From Halomicronema hongdechloris C2206 (GTDB taxonomy: Bacteria > Cyanobacteriota > Cyanobacteriia > Phormidesmidales > Phormidesmidaceae), in the NCBI RefSeq assembly GCF_002075285.3, contig NZ_CP021983.2, positions 630,001 through 662,000 of the forward strand: DNA of 32,000 nt, given 5' to 3'. Both the position numbers and the translations under genes were made by a program. Positions 7,092 to 15,786 of the stretch are shown in pieces (positions within the stretch are counted from its first letter, which is position 1; each line of letters begins with the position of its first letter). The notes below the pieces were generated by a model. The model saw only the letters and a program-made list of their open reading frames with translations, did not search any database and was not told the origin of the DNA.

Positions 7092-9236
7092 GTGATGGGT
7101 CTGGGTCAGCTAATAGAGCCCCAAGCTCTCCCCCATGCTGCTGCCACTGAATGTTCACCCCCTGAAATGGTTCATCCTCGTCCTCAATCCTTTCGCCGGA
7201 TCCTGCTATTGCAGATTTTATTGCTGAGTATTCCTATTCTGCTGCTCGGTCAATATGTCACTTTGCGTAAAGCCCGCACCAGTTTGTTGGAAACAGCTCG
7301 TCAAAATCTTACCAGCAGTGCCATTCGTAAAGCTGCCGACATTAGTCGTAGTATCCAATCCCTTCAGAGTAGTTTGCAGATAGTTACTCAAACCAATGCC
7401 TTACAAACGGGGTCCTTAGCTGAAATTCGCCAAGCTATCCACCAATATGCTAGCCAGATGCCTCAGGACATCGACTGTATCCAGCTCAGTGATGGTCGTA
7501 CCCATGCCATTACCCTGAACACCTGTAATGCCCCCTTACTGTCGACCCCATCAAATCTCCCTTGGCTCACAGGTGAGTCTCCTGTCAGAGGCAACAGCTT
7601 TTCATTAATTGATACTGGGGTCTTGGATGCTAGTGGCTCTTCAACTCCCCTATCGCCTGACACAGAAGCCCAGACGATTATTCCAAAGGCCAGTTCAGAA
7701 GACAGCTATACCTGGCTAGAAGTAATCATTGCTGCCCCTGTATATGCTGCTGATGGCACTCTACGCTATACCCTCAGTTTGAGAGCACGACTGCCTCAGC
7801 TCGAAAATACCAGCGCTCGCTCTCTAGTCGGCGACACTGTCATCATTGATGACAATGGTCTAATACTCACCCATCCAGACCCAACTCAAATTGGTCAATC
7901 CATCGATACCCTGGGTGATGCCGATCGACTCAATAGTATTGTAGGCAACGTCAAAGCCGGCAACAGCGCCACCTTACACTTGTTTCGATTCATGCCTGAT
8001 GGCACTGAATGGCTGGCAGGGTATACAGGGGTACAGGTGCCGCAGTCCCCCACCGAACAGCAACTCTGGACAGTCTTAGCAGTTACCCCCCTAGAACATG
8101 CCTTACAAGGACTCAAAGATATTCGCCAAGGATTGATTCTCTTAACTCTGGGCCTATTGACCGCTAATGGCCTCCTAGCCCTGTTTATTGCTCGTGGCCT
8201 TTCGTTACCCATTGAGCGCTTGAGTGACTCCGCTCAAAAGGTGCAGGATCTGGCCCACCTAAAAACTGTTCCAGAAGACTTTCGTATTTGGGAACTCAAA
8301 CATCTGGCTCGGGTATTGAATCGTATGATCAAACGCCTAGACGAAGGCGCCCAAGAACTGAAACGGGCTTGGCAGGATGCTCAGTTAGCCAATCAACTCA
8401 AGAGTGAATTTCTCGCCAACACCTCCCATGAATTACGAACCCCTCTCAATGCCATCATTGGCTGTATTCGATTGGTGCGAGATGACTGCTGCGATAGCCG
8501 CGAGGAAGAGCTTGAGTTCCTAGACCGAGCAGACGCAGCAGCTATTCACCTATTGCGAATCATCAACGATATTCTAGATATTGCCAAAATCGAATCAGGG
8601 ACCCTCTCCCTGAAACCAGAGTTAATCGATTTACGGCAGATTTTACGGGAAGTCGTCGACCTACAGTCCCTACAGATCCAACAGAAGTCACTGCAGTTCA
8701 TATACCCTGAGATTCCTACAGCCATATGGATTTTGGCGGATCGGGCTAAGTTAAAGCAGGTGTTGCTCAACATTATCTACAATGCCGTTAAGTTTACAGA
8801 GGAAGGGGGCGTAGAGGTGCAGCTACAGACCCAAACGGCAGACCACACCGATTCCGATAATGATTTGAATGCCCGCTACGTTATTGATCCGTTGGTGCCG
8901 CTCCCCAGGGTAGTCGTCGCCGTTCGAGATACGGGAATTGGGGTCGATCCACAGCAGCAGCACAAACTATTTCAGCCCTTTGTCATGGTAGATGGATCGA
9001 CCACTCGCCGATTCGAGGGCACTGGATTAGGATTGGCTATCTCTAAGAATCTTGTTGACTTAATGGGCGGTAGCATTCACCTCTACAGCCAAGGAGTAGG
9101 TCAGGGCACAACTGTGTTACTGGTATTGCCCTTGGCAAACCCACCCGATACAGAAGACGCATCAGGGGATAACAACGGGGCCATCGTCGATAGGCTCCCC
9201 AGTCCATCCGGTTCCATGACCTCTGCCGAACGATAG
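7092..9236 (+). CDS. Membrane sensor histidine kinase (extracytoplasmic Cache-like sensor, HAMP, HisKA, HATPase_c)
   Basis: Two TM segments flank a sensor region of about 300 aa. The H-box is FLANTSHELRTPLNAIIG, the N-box LLNIIYNAVKFT, and the G-boxes DTGIGV and GTGLGLAISKNLV. The track start is the GTG at 7092, and an internal ATG (MVHPRPQ...) is an alternative. No response regulator is adjacent. Confidence 0.85.
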   Translation: MMGLGQLIEPQALPHAAATECSPPEMVHPRPQSFRRILLLQILLLSIPILLLGQYVTLRKARTSLLETARQNLTSSAIRKAADISRSIQSLQSSLQIVTQTNALQTGSLAEIRQAIHQYASQMPQDIDCIQLSDGRTHAITLNTCNAPLLSTPSNLPWLTGESPVRGNSFSLIDTGVLDASGSSTPLSPDTEAQTIIPKASSEDSYTWLEVIIAAPVYAADGTLRYTLSLRARLPQLENTSARSLVGDTVIIDDNGLILTHPDPTQIGQSIDTLGDADRLNSIVGNVKAGNSATLHLFRFMPDGTEWLAGYTGVQVPQSPTEQQLWTVLAVTPLEHALQGLKDIRQGLILLTLGLLTANGLLALFIARGLSLPIERLSDSAQKVQDLAHLKTVPEDFRIWELKHLARVLNRMIKRLDEGAQELKRAWQDAQLANQLKSEFLANTSHELRTPLNAIIGCIRLVRDDCCDSREEELEFLDRADAAAIHLLRIINDILDIAKIESGTLSLKPELIDLRQILREVVDLQSLQIQQKSLQFIYPEIPTAIWILADRAKLKQVLLNIIYNAVKFTEEGGVEVQLQTQTADHTDSDNDLNARYVIDPLVPLPRVVVAVRDTGIGVDPQQQHKLFQPFVMVDGSTTRRFEGTGLGLAISKNLVDLMGGSIHLYSQGVGQGTTVLLVLPLANPPDTEDASGDNNGAIVDRLPSPSGSMTSAER

Positions 9237-9253
9237 GGGCTCATCAGCCGAGC

Positions 9254-10294
9254 TTACTCAGTTGCCTCGGTGAGTGGAATGATCTGCCCCCCCTGGGCTA
9301 GAGACTGGGAGAGGGCGGCCAGGACCCTCACCAATTTGGTGGCCAACGTCCCTGAAGAAATGGGCGAAGGAGTGCTGAGCTCTACCTGGTCAAGGAAGTG
9401 CCGACAAACATTATGCAGCGGCTCAGCCGGGGACAGTGGCAGCACTTGGTGATGCAGGCCCTGGGGTATCCAGTTACCCGCGTCCGTAGCCTGTAGCTGT
9501 CCCCAGTTCACCACCAGAGGGGTAGCATTACTTTCATCGAACACAAGGGTTCCGCGTTCTCCTACCACGCAGAGTCGCCGCTGCTTGTCAGGATTGAGCC
9601 ATGACAAGTGAAGCGTTACCTGAAACTGACTGGGATAAATCAGGGTACACCACACTAGGTCATAGAGAGGTTTAGCAGGGTCTTGGGATGAGAATTGAGG
9701 CAACCATGTTCGCCCTTGGGCAGTTACCTGCATCGGCCATTCCTGCAGCCAATGACTGAATATGGCGATATCGTGAATAGCCAGATCCCATAGGGCATTG
9801 ACATCGTGTCGTATTGGCCCCAGATTAGTGCGGCTGGCATAGCCATAACGCAATGATCCTAGGGGGGCCTGCTGTAGGAACTGATGCCCCTGTTGTACCG
9901 CCGGATGAAATAAATAGGTGTGATCGACAATGAGTTGCCGTTGTCGCTGACGGGCCAATTGGCAGAGTATCTTACAGGTAGAGACCTCCAAGGTTAGAGG
10001 CTTCTCAGCCAGCACATGCAGTCCCCGCTCTAGGGCTGCTCGAATCAAGGGGTAATGGGTTACTGCTGGAGTAGCGACTACGACAGCCTCTATGCCAGGC
10101 AACGCTAGAGCCTCTGGCCACGATGACAATAGGTGGGTAGACGGGGGTAGGGCAAAGGTTTGCTGAACTGTCTTCAGGCGCTGGGGGTCATGATCAGCGA
10201 CGGCAGCTACTTCAACTTGCGGCAAGTTGAGCAGATTACGCAGTAAATGATGGCCCCATCGTCCTACACCTAGAAGTACTAATTTTAGGATCAT
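9254..10294 (-). CDS. Gfo/Idh/MocA family oxidoreductase
   Basis: The N-terminal Rossmann motif is LVLLGVGRWGHHLLRNL, followed by VVVATPAVTHYPLIRAALERGLHVLAEKPL. Its ATG (10294-10292) overlaps the rnc stop codon (10293-10291) in an ATGA arrangement. Confidence 0.85.
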   Translation of the reverse strand: MILKLVLLGVGRWGHHLLRNLLNLPQVEVAAVADHDPQRLKTVQQTFALPPSTHLLSSWPEALALPGIEAVVVATPAVTHYPLIRAALERGLHVLAEKPLTLEVSTCKILCQLARQRQRQLIVDHTYLFHPAVQQGHQFLQQAPLGSLRYGYASRTNLGPIRHDVNALWDLAIHDIAIFSHWLQEWPMQVTAQGRTWLPQFSSQDPAKPLYDLVWCTLIYPSQFQVTLHLSWLNPDKQRRLCVVGERGTLVFDESNATPLVVNWGQLQATDAGNWIPQGLHHQVLPLSPAEPLHNVCRHFLDQVELSTPSPISSGTLATKLVRVLAALSQSLAQGGQIIPLTEATE

Positions 10295-11028
10295 GAGGCT
10301 ACGTCTGATGGGGACGATAGCTGTGCTTGCAACTTTCGAAATGCGACTTTGGCGGCGACCTGCTCCGCCTGTTTAATGGAGGGACCACGACCCACTCCCC
10401 AGCCTTTTTCCTGTAACCAGACCTCGGCCTCAAATCGCTCTGGATCGCCATGTTGCTGGCTAATTTCCTGGACGCGATAATCAGGACGGACTTGGTAATA
10501 GGCTTGGGTCAGTTCCTGCAGGGCGGCTTTGTAGTTTTGCCGGGTAGGATCTTGTCGAATCTGCTCTGCTAGGCGTTTAAAGTGAGCATCCAGCCAAGGG
10601 CGAATCAAGCTCAAGTCGTGGGTCTGACTGTATAACGCTCCCAATACGGCCTCAAAAGTATCGGCTAGACGAGAGTTGCGTCCGGCCTTATCTCCCCAAG
10701 CGCTGCTGGATACTAGTAGATAGGGTTCTAGGCTGAGTTGATCGGCTAGCAGAGCTAGGGTATGGTCGCTGACTAGACGCGATCGCACCGCTGCCAATTC
10801 CCCCACACTGGCCTCAGAATAAGTCTCGAGCAAAAACTCAGCTGCAGCCAAGCGCAAGGCTGCATCGCCGAGAAACTCTAGGTGCTCGTAGTTATCTTCT
10901 GGCGAGGCAGAAGCATGGGTTAGGGCTCGATCCAGTTGTTGCCAATCGACCTCAACCGAGGCAGAAAGTCCTAGTTTTTGTAGGCATCGCCGCAGTTGTT
11001 CCCGGCGTGTGCTATTGAGCTGAGGCAT
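10291..11028 (-). CDS. rnc: Ribonuclease III
   Basis: The RNase III signature is NYEHLEFLGDAALRL. The protein also has the catalytic-domain motif DTFEAVLGALY and a C-terminal dsRBD-like segment (NYKAALQELTQAYY...GRGPSIKQAEQVAAKVA). Confidence 0.9.
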   Translation of the reverse strand: MPQLNSTRREQLRRCLQKLGLSASVEVDWQQLDRALTHASASPEDNYEHLEFLGDAALRLAAAEFLLETYSEASVGELAAVRSRLVSDHTLALLADQLSLEPYLLVSSSAWGDKAGRNSRLADTFEAVLGALYSQTHDLSLIRPWLDAHFKRLAEQIRQDPTRQNYKAALQELTQAYYQVRPDYRVQEISQQHGDPERFEAEVWLQEKGWGVGRGPSIKQAEQVAAKVAFRKLQAQLSSPSDVAS

Positions 11029-11085
11029 CGGTCATCAATTCAGCCAAAAACCATAGTCGTTCATGCTATCCCCAGGGCTGGGCCT

Positions 11086-11522
11086 TGGAGGAAAGAGCCG
11101 GACATAAGCCGGGTTCTGTTCTTCTGGGTATCCAGAAGGGCGGTTATCTATCTGGGACGCCTGTTACCAGACGCCTCTAGCGGTTCCTGCAACGGGGTCG
11201 GTAAAGAACCAACCATAACCCCTCCGACCTTGCTCCCGACCGGGGTTTACCGAGCCAGCACCTCTCGATGCTGCTGGTGCGCTCTTACCGCACCTTTGCA
11301 CCCTTACCTGTGAAAGGCAGACGACAGAAGGCAGACGGCAGAATTTCCCGCTATCTTTGCTCCAGTCTGTCTCTGTCTTGCCATCGGCGGTATGTTTCTG
11401 TGGCACTCTCCTCACGGTCACCCGCACTGGGCGTTACCCAGCAAGTCTGGTCCTTAGGGAGCCCGGACTTTCCTCGGACAGGAACTCCCGTCCGTAACCG
11501 CCTGCGCCGACTCTTTCCTATT
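11086..11522 (-). ncRNA. rnpB: RNase P RNA, bacterial type A
   Basis: The minus strand carries the universal blocks GAGGAAAGUCCGGGCUCC (about 11478-11461), CAGGUAAGGGUGCAAAGGUGCGGUAAGAGCGC (about 11310-11279) and ACAGAACCCGGCUUAU (about 11119-11104). P1 can form between GGAAAGAGUCGG at the 5' end and CCGGCUCUUUCC at the 3' end. An extended P12-like arm spans about 11316-11382. The end coordinates are accurate to about 5 nt. Confidence 0.92.
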
Positions 11523-11528
11523 TCCAGG

Positions 11529-11557
11529 ATAATGTGCTGACTGACCAATGTAGTAAA
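11529..11557 (-). promoter_or_regulatory. Candidate rnpB promoter, partly overlapping the upstream gene's 3' end region
   Basis: On the minus strand: TTTACT (11557-11552), a 17-nt spacer, then CATTAT (11534-11529). The predicted start at about 11521-11523 matches the inferred P1 5' end. Both hexamers match consensus at 4 of 6 positions. Confidence 0.3.
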
Positions 11558-11566
11558 CCCTTATGG

Positions 11567-12331
11567 CTAGCGATTGAGTAACCAGTTCAGCACGGGGACG
11601 GCAATTTGCCCGGGCAGCACTTCGATGCGGAACTGAAAGGGAATCAGGAGGCGTAGAGATGGAGCATCTTCTCCGGCCATGGGCCGGATCCGTAGCATCA
11701 GGCGTAAGGAATATTGACGCAGGGCAGACGGCAGCAGCATGGCCTGCTCCAGATTAATCAGTGGTACTGTGGGCTGCAGCAGACGCGTATCTGGATGGCG
11801 TTGGAAGGCGTCTTCACTCGTAATTTGAGCCGTGATGGTTTGGTCGGGATTGACCACGCTCATGACTTGGGCTTGGGCCAGGTCCATGAACTGCCCAGGG
11901 ACTTGACGGATAACTCGGCGCCCCTGGTTATTTTGCAGGCTGAGAGAGCTACTATCCCAGTCGATAAAGAGCTGCCGATCGTCTAATCCATTGACCACCT
12001 GCACCGTTAAGTGATTGAGAGGAGGTTGGGGAGGACGTTGCCCTAGGGGCATTACTCGCACGATGACAGTGCCAGTTCGGGACGCTTCTCTGTCATGCGA
12101 TCGCAACGGCACCTGTAATTGCAGCCCAGGGGTCTCATCGGTGGCCACCTGCACCCCCACGCCTCCTGGTTGCTGCCGCACCTGAGAAGTCACTGCCGTT
12201 TGTAGAGCCTCGCGATCGAGATCAATACGCAACTGGTCCTCTAGTTGCGACTCTATGGATAGCGCCATCTGGTAGCCCACATAGGCCACACAGATGAAAT
12301 AAACCGTCAGAATCAAGATGTCGGTGGCCAT
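11567..12331 (-). CDS. Hypothetical membrane-anchored protein (single N-terminal TM helix, no domain recognised)
   Basis: This is a 254-aa ORF with the N-terminal helix ILILTVYFICVAYVGYQMAL. The remainder is Gln/Leu/Arg-rich and looks beta-rich. It sits co-directionally between the symporter gene and rnpB. Confidence 0.6.
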   Translation of the reverse strand: MATDILILTVYFICVAYVGYQMALSIESQLEDQLRIDLDREALQTAVTSQVRQQPGGVGVQVATDETPGLQLQVPLRSHDREASRTGTVIVRVMPLGQRPPQPPLNHLTVQVVNGLDDRQLFIDWDSSSLSLQNNQGRRVIRQVPGQFMDLAQAQVMSVVNPDQTITAQITSEDAFQRHPDTRLLQPTVPLINLEQAMLLPSALRQYSLRLMLRIRPMAGEDAPSLRLLIPFQFRIEVLPGQIAVPVLNWLLNR

Positions 12332-12388
12332 GGTTGTCTGTCCAGCTATCCCCTTAGCATAGCGAGGGATGCCGTCACGGGGCGGCCG

Positions 12389-13900
12389 TCAGGAATGGAC
12401 TTTTTCTTCTTCTGCTTCCTTCATCGGGGTCGGTGAGACTGGCAGGTCAGCCGCAACCGGCATATTGCCACTCTTGAGTCGCTGCCAATAGTCCTGCAAA
12501 TCCGTAGCCACCTGCCCCGACAACAACACCCCGCCCAAAATATTGGGAAAGGCCATGGCGAACATCATCATGTCACTGAAGACCAGAACCGACCGCAAAT
12601 TGGTCACAGTGCCCACAAACACACATAGGACAAACAAAAGCTTATATACCAGGGACGCCCCCCGGCCCCAGAGGTAGGTCCAGCAGCGTTCCCCGTAATA
12701 AGACCAGGAAATCATGGTGGAGAAGGCAAACAGGCACACAGCCACCGCCAGCAGTGACGGAAACCAGCTCAGCTCTGAACCGAAGGCGGCAGCCGTTAGG
12801 GCGACACCACTGAGCTGTTCACCGGCAGTCTGTTGATAGACGCCGGTGATAATACAGACCAATGCCGTCACATTGCAGATCACCACCGTGTCAAGGAAGG
12901 GCTCAATGGAGGCGACAATGCCTTCCCGTACGGGTTCATCGGTCTTCGTGGCCGAATGGGCGATGGAGGCTGACCCTACCCCAGCCTCATTGGAGAAGAC
13001 GCCCCGGCGAATGCCCTGCACCAGCACCCCCAATACCCCTCCTTCCACGGCATGGGGGTGGAAGGCTTCCTGCCAAATGGTGCCAAAGGCCCCAGGAATC
13101 GCCGTAGCATGGCTGCAGATGACCCAGAGGGCTGACACCATGTAGCCTCCTGCCATGACCGGCACCACAGTCCCGGCTACAGCACCAATACGACGAATAC
13201 CGCCTAAGATTACCACCCCCACGAGCAGGGCCAGGGCTAGACCGTACAGGCCACGATACTCTGCTAGCCCCGGAAATAAATAGGCCACAGCCGCGTAGGA
13301 TTGATTGGCCTGGAACATGTTACTGCCCCCCAAAGCTGCCAGGGCACAGAACCCAGCAAATAGCGCTGCCAAGGCCTGCCCCAACGGCTCCAGCCCTACT
13401 TTGGCTAAGCCCTGAGACAGGTAATGCATCGGCCCTCCTGAGACCGTGCCATCGTCATGAATGATCCGATACTTCTGGCCTAGGGTGCACTCGACAAACT
13501 TACTGGACATGCCTAAGAATCCGGCCAGACTCATCCACAGGACAGCCCCCGGCCCCCCGAGTTGAATTGCGATCGCAACCCCAGCGATATTTCCTAAGCC
13601 AACCGTTGCCGACAGAGCCGTAGAGACCGCCTGTTCATGGGTCACCTCCCCCGGTTCATCGGGAGTATCATAGACCCCTCGCACCACCCGAATGGCATGG
13701 CAGAATCCCCGCACATTGATAAATCCCATGCGTAGGGTGAAAAACAAGGCCCCCGCCAACAACCAGAGAATGACCAACGGCAAGCCACCGATATCAAAGA
13801 ATAGGGTGGCCTCCAGTACTCGAATCCCCCAGGAGAATCCTTGGTCAAACCCCTCCAGAACGGTGTTCCAGAGACCACTAATCGACACAGAAAAAGCCAA
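12389..13900 (-). CDS. Alanine/glycine:cation symporter (AGCS) family amino-acid carrier
   Basis: The 503-aa protein is polytopic. Family-typical motifs are ALSATVGLGNIAGVAIAIQLGGPGAVLWMSLAGFLGMSSKFVECTLGQKYR and FSNEAGVGSASIAHSA. Confidence 0.9.
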   Translation of the reverse strand: MAFSVSISGLWNTVLEGFDQGFSWGIRVLEATLFFDIGGLPLVILWLLAGALFFTLRMGFINVRGFCHAIRVVRGVYDTPDEPGEVTHEQAVSTALSATVGLGNIAGVAIAIQLGGPGAVLWMSLAGFLGMSSKFVECTLGQKYRIIHDDGTVSGGPMHYLSQGLAKVGLEPLGQALAALFAGFCALAALGGSNMFQANQSYAAVAYLFPGLAEYRGLYGLALALLVGVVILGGIRRIGAVAGTVVPVMAGGYMVSALWVICSHATAIPGAFGTIWQEAFHPHAVEGGVLGVLVQGIRRGVFSNEAGVGSASIAHSATKTDEPVREGIVASIEPFLDTVVICNVTALVCIITGVYQQTAGEQLSGVALTAAAFGSELSWFPSLLAVAVCLFAFSTMISWSYYGERCWTYLWGRGASLVYKLLFVLCVFVGTVTNLRSVLVFSDMMMFAMAFPNILGGVLLSGQVATDLQDYWQRLKSGNMPVAADLPVSPTPMKEAEEEKVHS

Positions 13901-13943
13901 ATGACCTCGTTAGAGCTAACAGCCCCTCAATTATAAAAAATCA

Positions 13944-15215
13944 TTAAGAATGACGCCTTCGCCCCCCTTGCCAAAGGCGAGCCCACCATTGGGGATGCTG
14001 CTTTAGCAAGACATACAGATACACCCCCATCAGTACCAGCAAACATCCATCCCCCAAAGCTCGATAGGTGCCAATAATCTGCTGATCGCTCCAGCCGTGG
14101 AGCCTGAGGATATTCATATCACCCCCAGCATGCTCGGGTCCACCCCACAGAGATCCCCAAGGGATCGAAGCCAGCCCTCGCTCAATCCGATGCCATAGCC
14201 CAAACCCCCCCAAAAATACAAAGGCCGAACCCAATACCACCGGATAGCGATAAAAATCCCAGCGCCAGTAAGCTGGCATCGGGAAGAAAAAACTCACCAT
14301 CAGCAAGGTACTCAGATACAATTCCCCGCCGACGCCACCAAATGCTAGTAGCACCTCAAACGTCTGTGCTGAAAGCATCCAGGTCATCCAACCCTGAATG
14401 AGTATTAATCCCACCGCCAATACCATCGGCCAGCGATGCCCCTCCCGGCGACCGGCCCAAAATAGCAACCCAAATAAAACCAACAGGCCAAGATAGACAA
14501 ATAGAGAGCGCTCAGGCTCCACATTTGTCCAACCAAAGGGCAATGGAATGGCTCGACGACCAGCTAACCAGGCCACGGTGGCATGGCCAAACTCATGCAT
14601 CCACACCTGTACCCCAAACAGCAACAACTTGACCGGGGGCAACACCTGCATCAGCATTCCCAGCAGCAACAGTCCCGGAAATATCAACCCATTACTGAAA
14701 CGATTGTCAAAGGCAAATAAATCAGTATCAGTCAACCGGGTACTGGGCCAAGAGATCGTCTGTTTCCAGGCCACCCGCTTCGGAGCCTTCAATCCATAAA
14801 TACGAATGGTAAGGCCAGGCTCTAGTCCAAGAGCCTCTGGGTCTAGCCGAACCAGTGCCGCCCGAATGCTAGCAACTCCCTTTGCCTGAGATGGCATCTG
14901 CTTCAGAGGTACTCCAATATGGAGATGACCATGGCGTAGAGCGACTCGAGCCGGTACCCCTTGCTGACGTAACTGATATATCAAGGGGGCCAATGGATCC
15001 TCCTCTCCAGAGGATGAAATAGCCGGTGGCCCCTGCGATGTCTGTAAGTGCTCTTTGAGCCGTCGATAAGCAATCTTGAGGTCAGCTAGAGCCTGCCGTT
15101 GTCCTGTCTGGATTAACTCTGCCCGGCGACTGAAATAAGCTGCTTCCACCTCTTGTAGGCTAGCATCAGCAGCCAGATGCAGACACTGGTAACAACGGGC
15201 TACCTCTTCCGACAT
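13944..15215 (-). CDS. J-like domain (no HPD motif) fused to a polytopic membrane domain with an HExxH metalloprotease-like motif
   Basis: The N-terminus, CYQCLHLAADASLQEVEAAYFSRRAELI...LKIAYRRLKEHL, resembles J-domain helices I-III but has no HPD tripeptide. The central domain is LHIGVPL...IRIYGLKAPKRVAWKQTISW. The C-terminal part has at least 6 hydrophobic helices, with MHEFGHATVAWLAG at the start of one. Confidence 0.7.
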   Translation of the reverse strand: MSEEVARCYQCLHLAADASLQEVEAAYFSRRAELIQTGQRQALADLKIAYRRLKEHLQTSQGPPAISSSGEEDPLAPLIYQLRQQGVPARVALRHGHLHIGVPLKQMPSQAKGVASIRAALVRLDPEALGLEPGLTIRIYGLKAPKRVAWKQTISWPSTRLTDTDLFAFDNRFSNGLIFPGLLLLGMLMQVLPPVKLLLFGVQVWMHEFGHATVAWLAGRRAIPLPFGWTNVEPERSLFVYLGLLVLFGLLFWAGRREGHRWPMVLAVGLILIQGWMTWMLSAQTFEVLLAFGGVGGELYLSTLLMVSFFFPMPAYWRWDFYRYPVVLGSAFVFLGGFGLWHRIERGLASIPWGSLWGGPEHAGGDMNILRLHGWSDQQIIGTYRALGDGCLLVLMGVYLYVLLKQHPQWWARLWQGGRRRHS

Positions 15216-15294
15216 GGCGATAACCGCTAAGTCACTTCCTCAGGGTAGCCCGAGGGAATGATGAGGTGCCAACATGCTGCTGTCCCCTGGCTTC

Positions 15295-15678
15295 TTAGCC
15301 CTCCGTTCCTGCCTTTCCCTCCCTAGATCGAGACTGATAGTCACCACAACCCTGACAAGGCCCCTCAGGATTGACCGCACAGCGTAGCAGCTCAGAACGG
15401 GCATTATAGGCGCAGGTAACGTCGCCAATCATCCATTGCCCGTTGTGACAGTGCCTGGCTGCAGGAGTGGGACAAGGCTGCACATACAGGATCATCTGAG
15501 CCAACTGATAACGCCCCGACTTCAGTCGGTAACGATGATGCCGCTCCAAAATCCGATAGGTTTGCCCAGCCATATCTAGATCAGCACCCGGTTGAGGAAT
15601 CCAATCTAGATACACCCGGCCCAAGGGTGTACAGGGATGGTTGAGCATAACGTCGGTAGGCAATGAAGTTGATTCCAT
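15295..15678 (-). CDS. Small Cys-rich conserved hypothetical protein (possibly a DUF6464-type family)
   Basis: The protein is 127 aa, or 117 aa from the internal ATG at 15648. It has eight Cys, including CPTPAARHC, CAYNARSELLRC and CQGC spacings that suggest metal binding. The DUF assignment is from memory only. Confidence 0.55.
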   Translation of the reverse strand: MESTSLPTDVMLNHPCTPLGRVYLDWIPQPGADLDMAGQTYRILERHHRYRLKSGRYQLAQMILYVQPCPTPAARHCHNGQWMIGDVTCAYNARSELLRCAVNPEGPCQGCGDYQSRSREGKAGTEG

Positions 15679-15714
15679 GAATGTAGTTAACAGAGACAGT
15701 AATCTATACGAGAA

Positions 15715-15769
15715 TTCCTGACCGATGAGCAGATCGATCAGGAACCTCGATAGCTCTCCTGAGGGAGAG
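15715..15769 (-). terminator. Two hairpins downstream of the EF-G stop codon (candidate terminator region)
   Basis: On the minus strand the first hairpin is CUCUCC-cuca-GGAGAG (15769-15754). The second is UUCCUGA-u-CGAU-cugcuc-AUCG-g-UCAGGAA (15744-15715), followed by UUCUCGUAU. There is no long U run. Confidence 0.35.
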
Positions 15770-15786
15770 AACTTACAAAGTAAAGT

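Noticed and set aside
10996-11548. Four overlapping track ORFs (10996-11313 +, 11164-11427 -, 11268-11540 +, 11351-11548 -)
   Set aside because: The whole interval is the RNase P RNA gene, with its universal conserved blocks and P1 pairing present. Open frames on both strands are what you expect in a GC-rich structured RNA, and none has a plausible start context.
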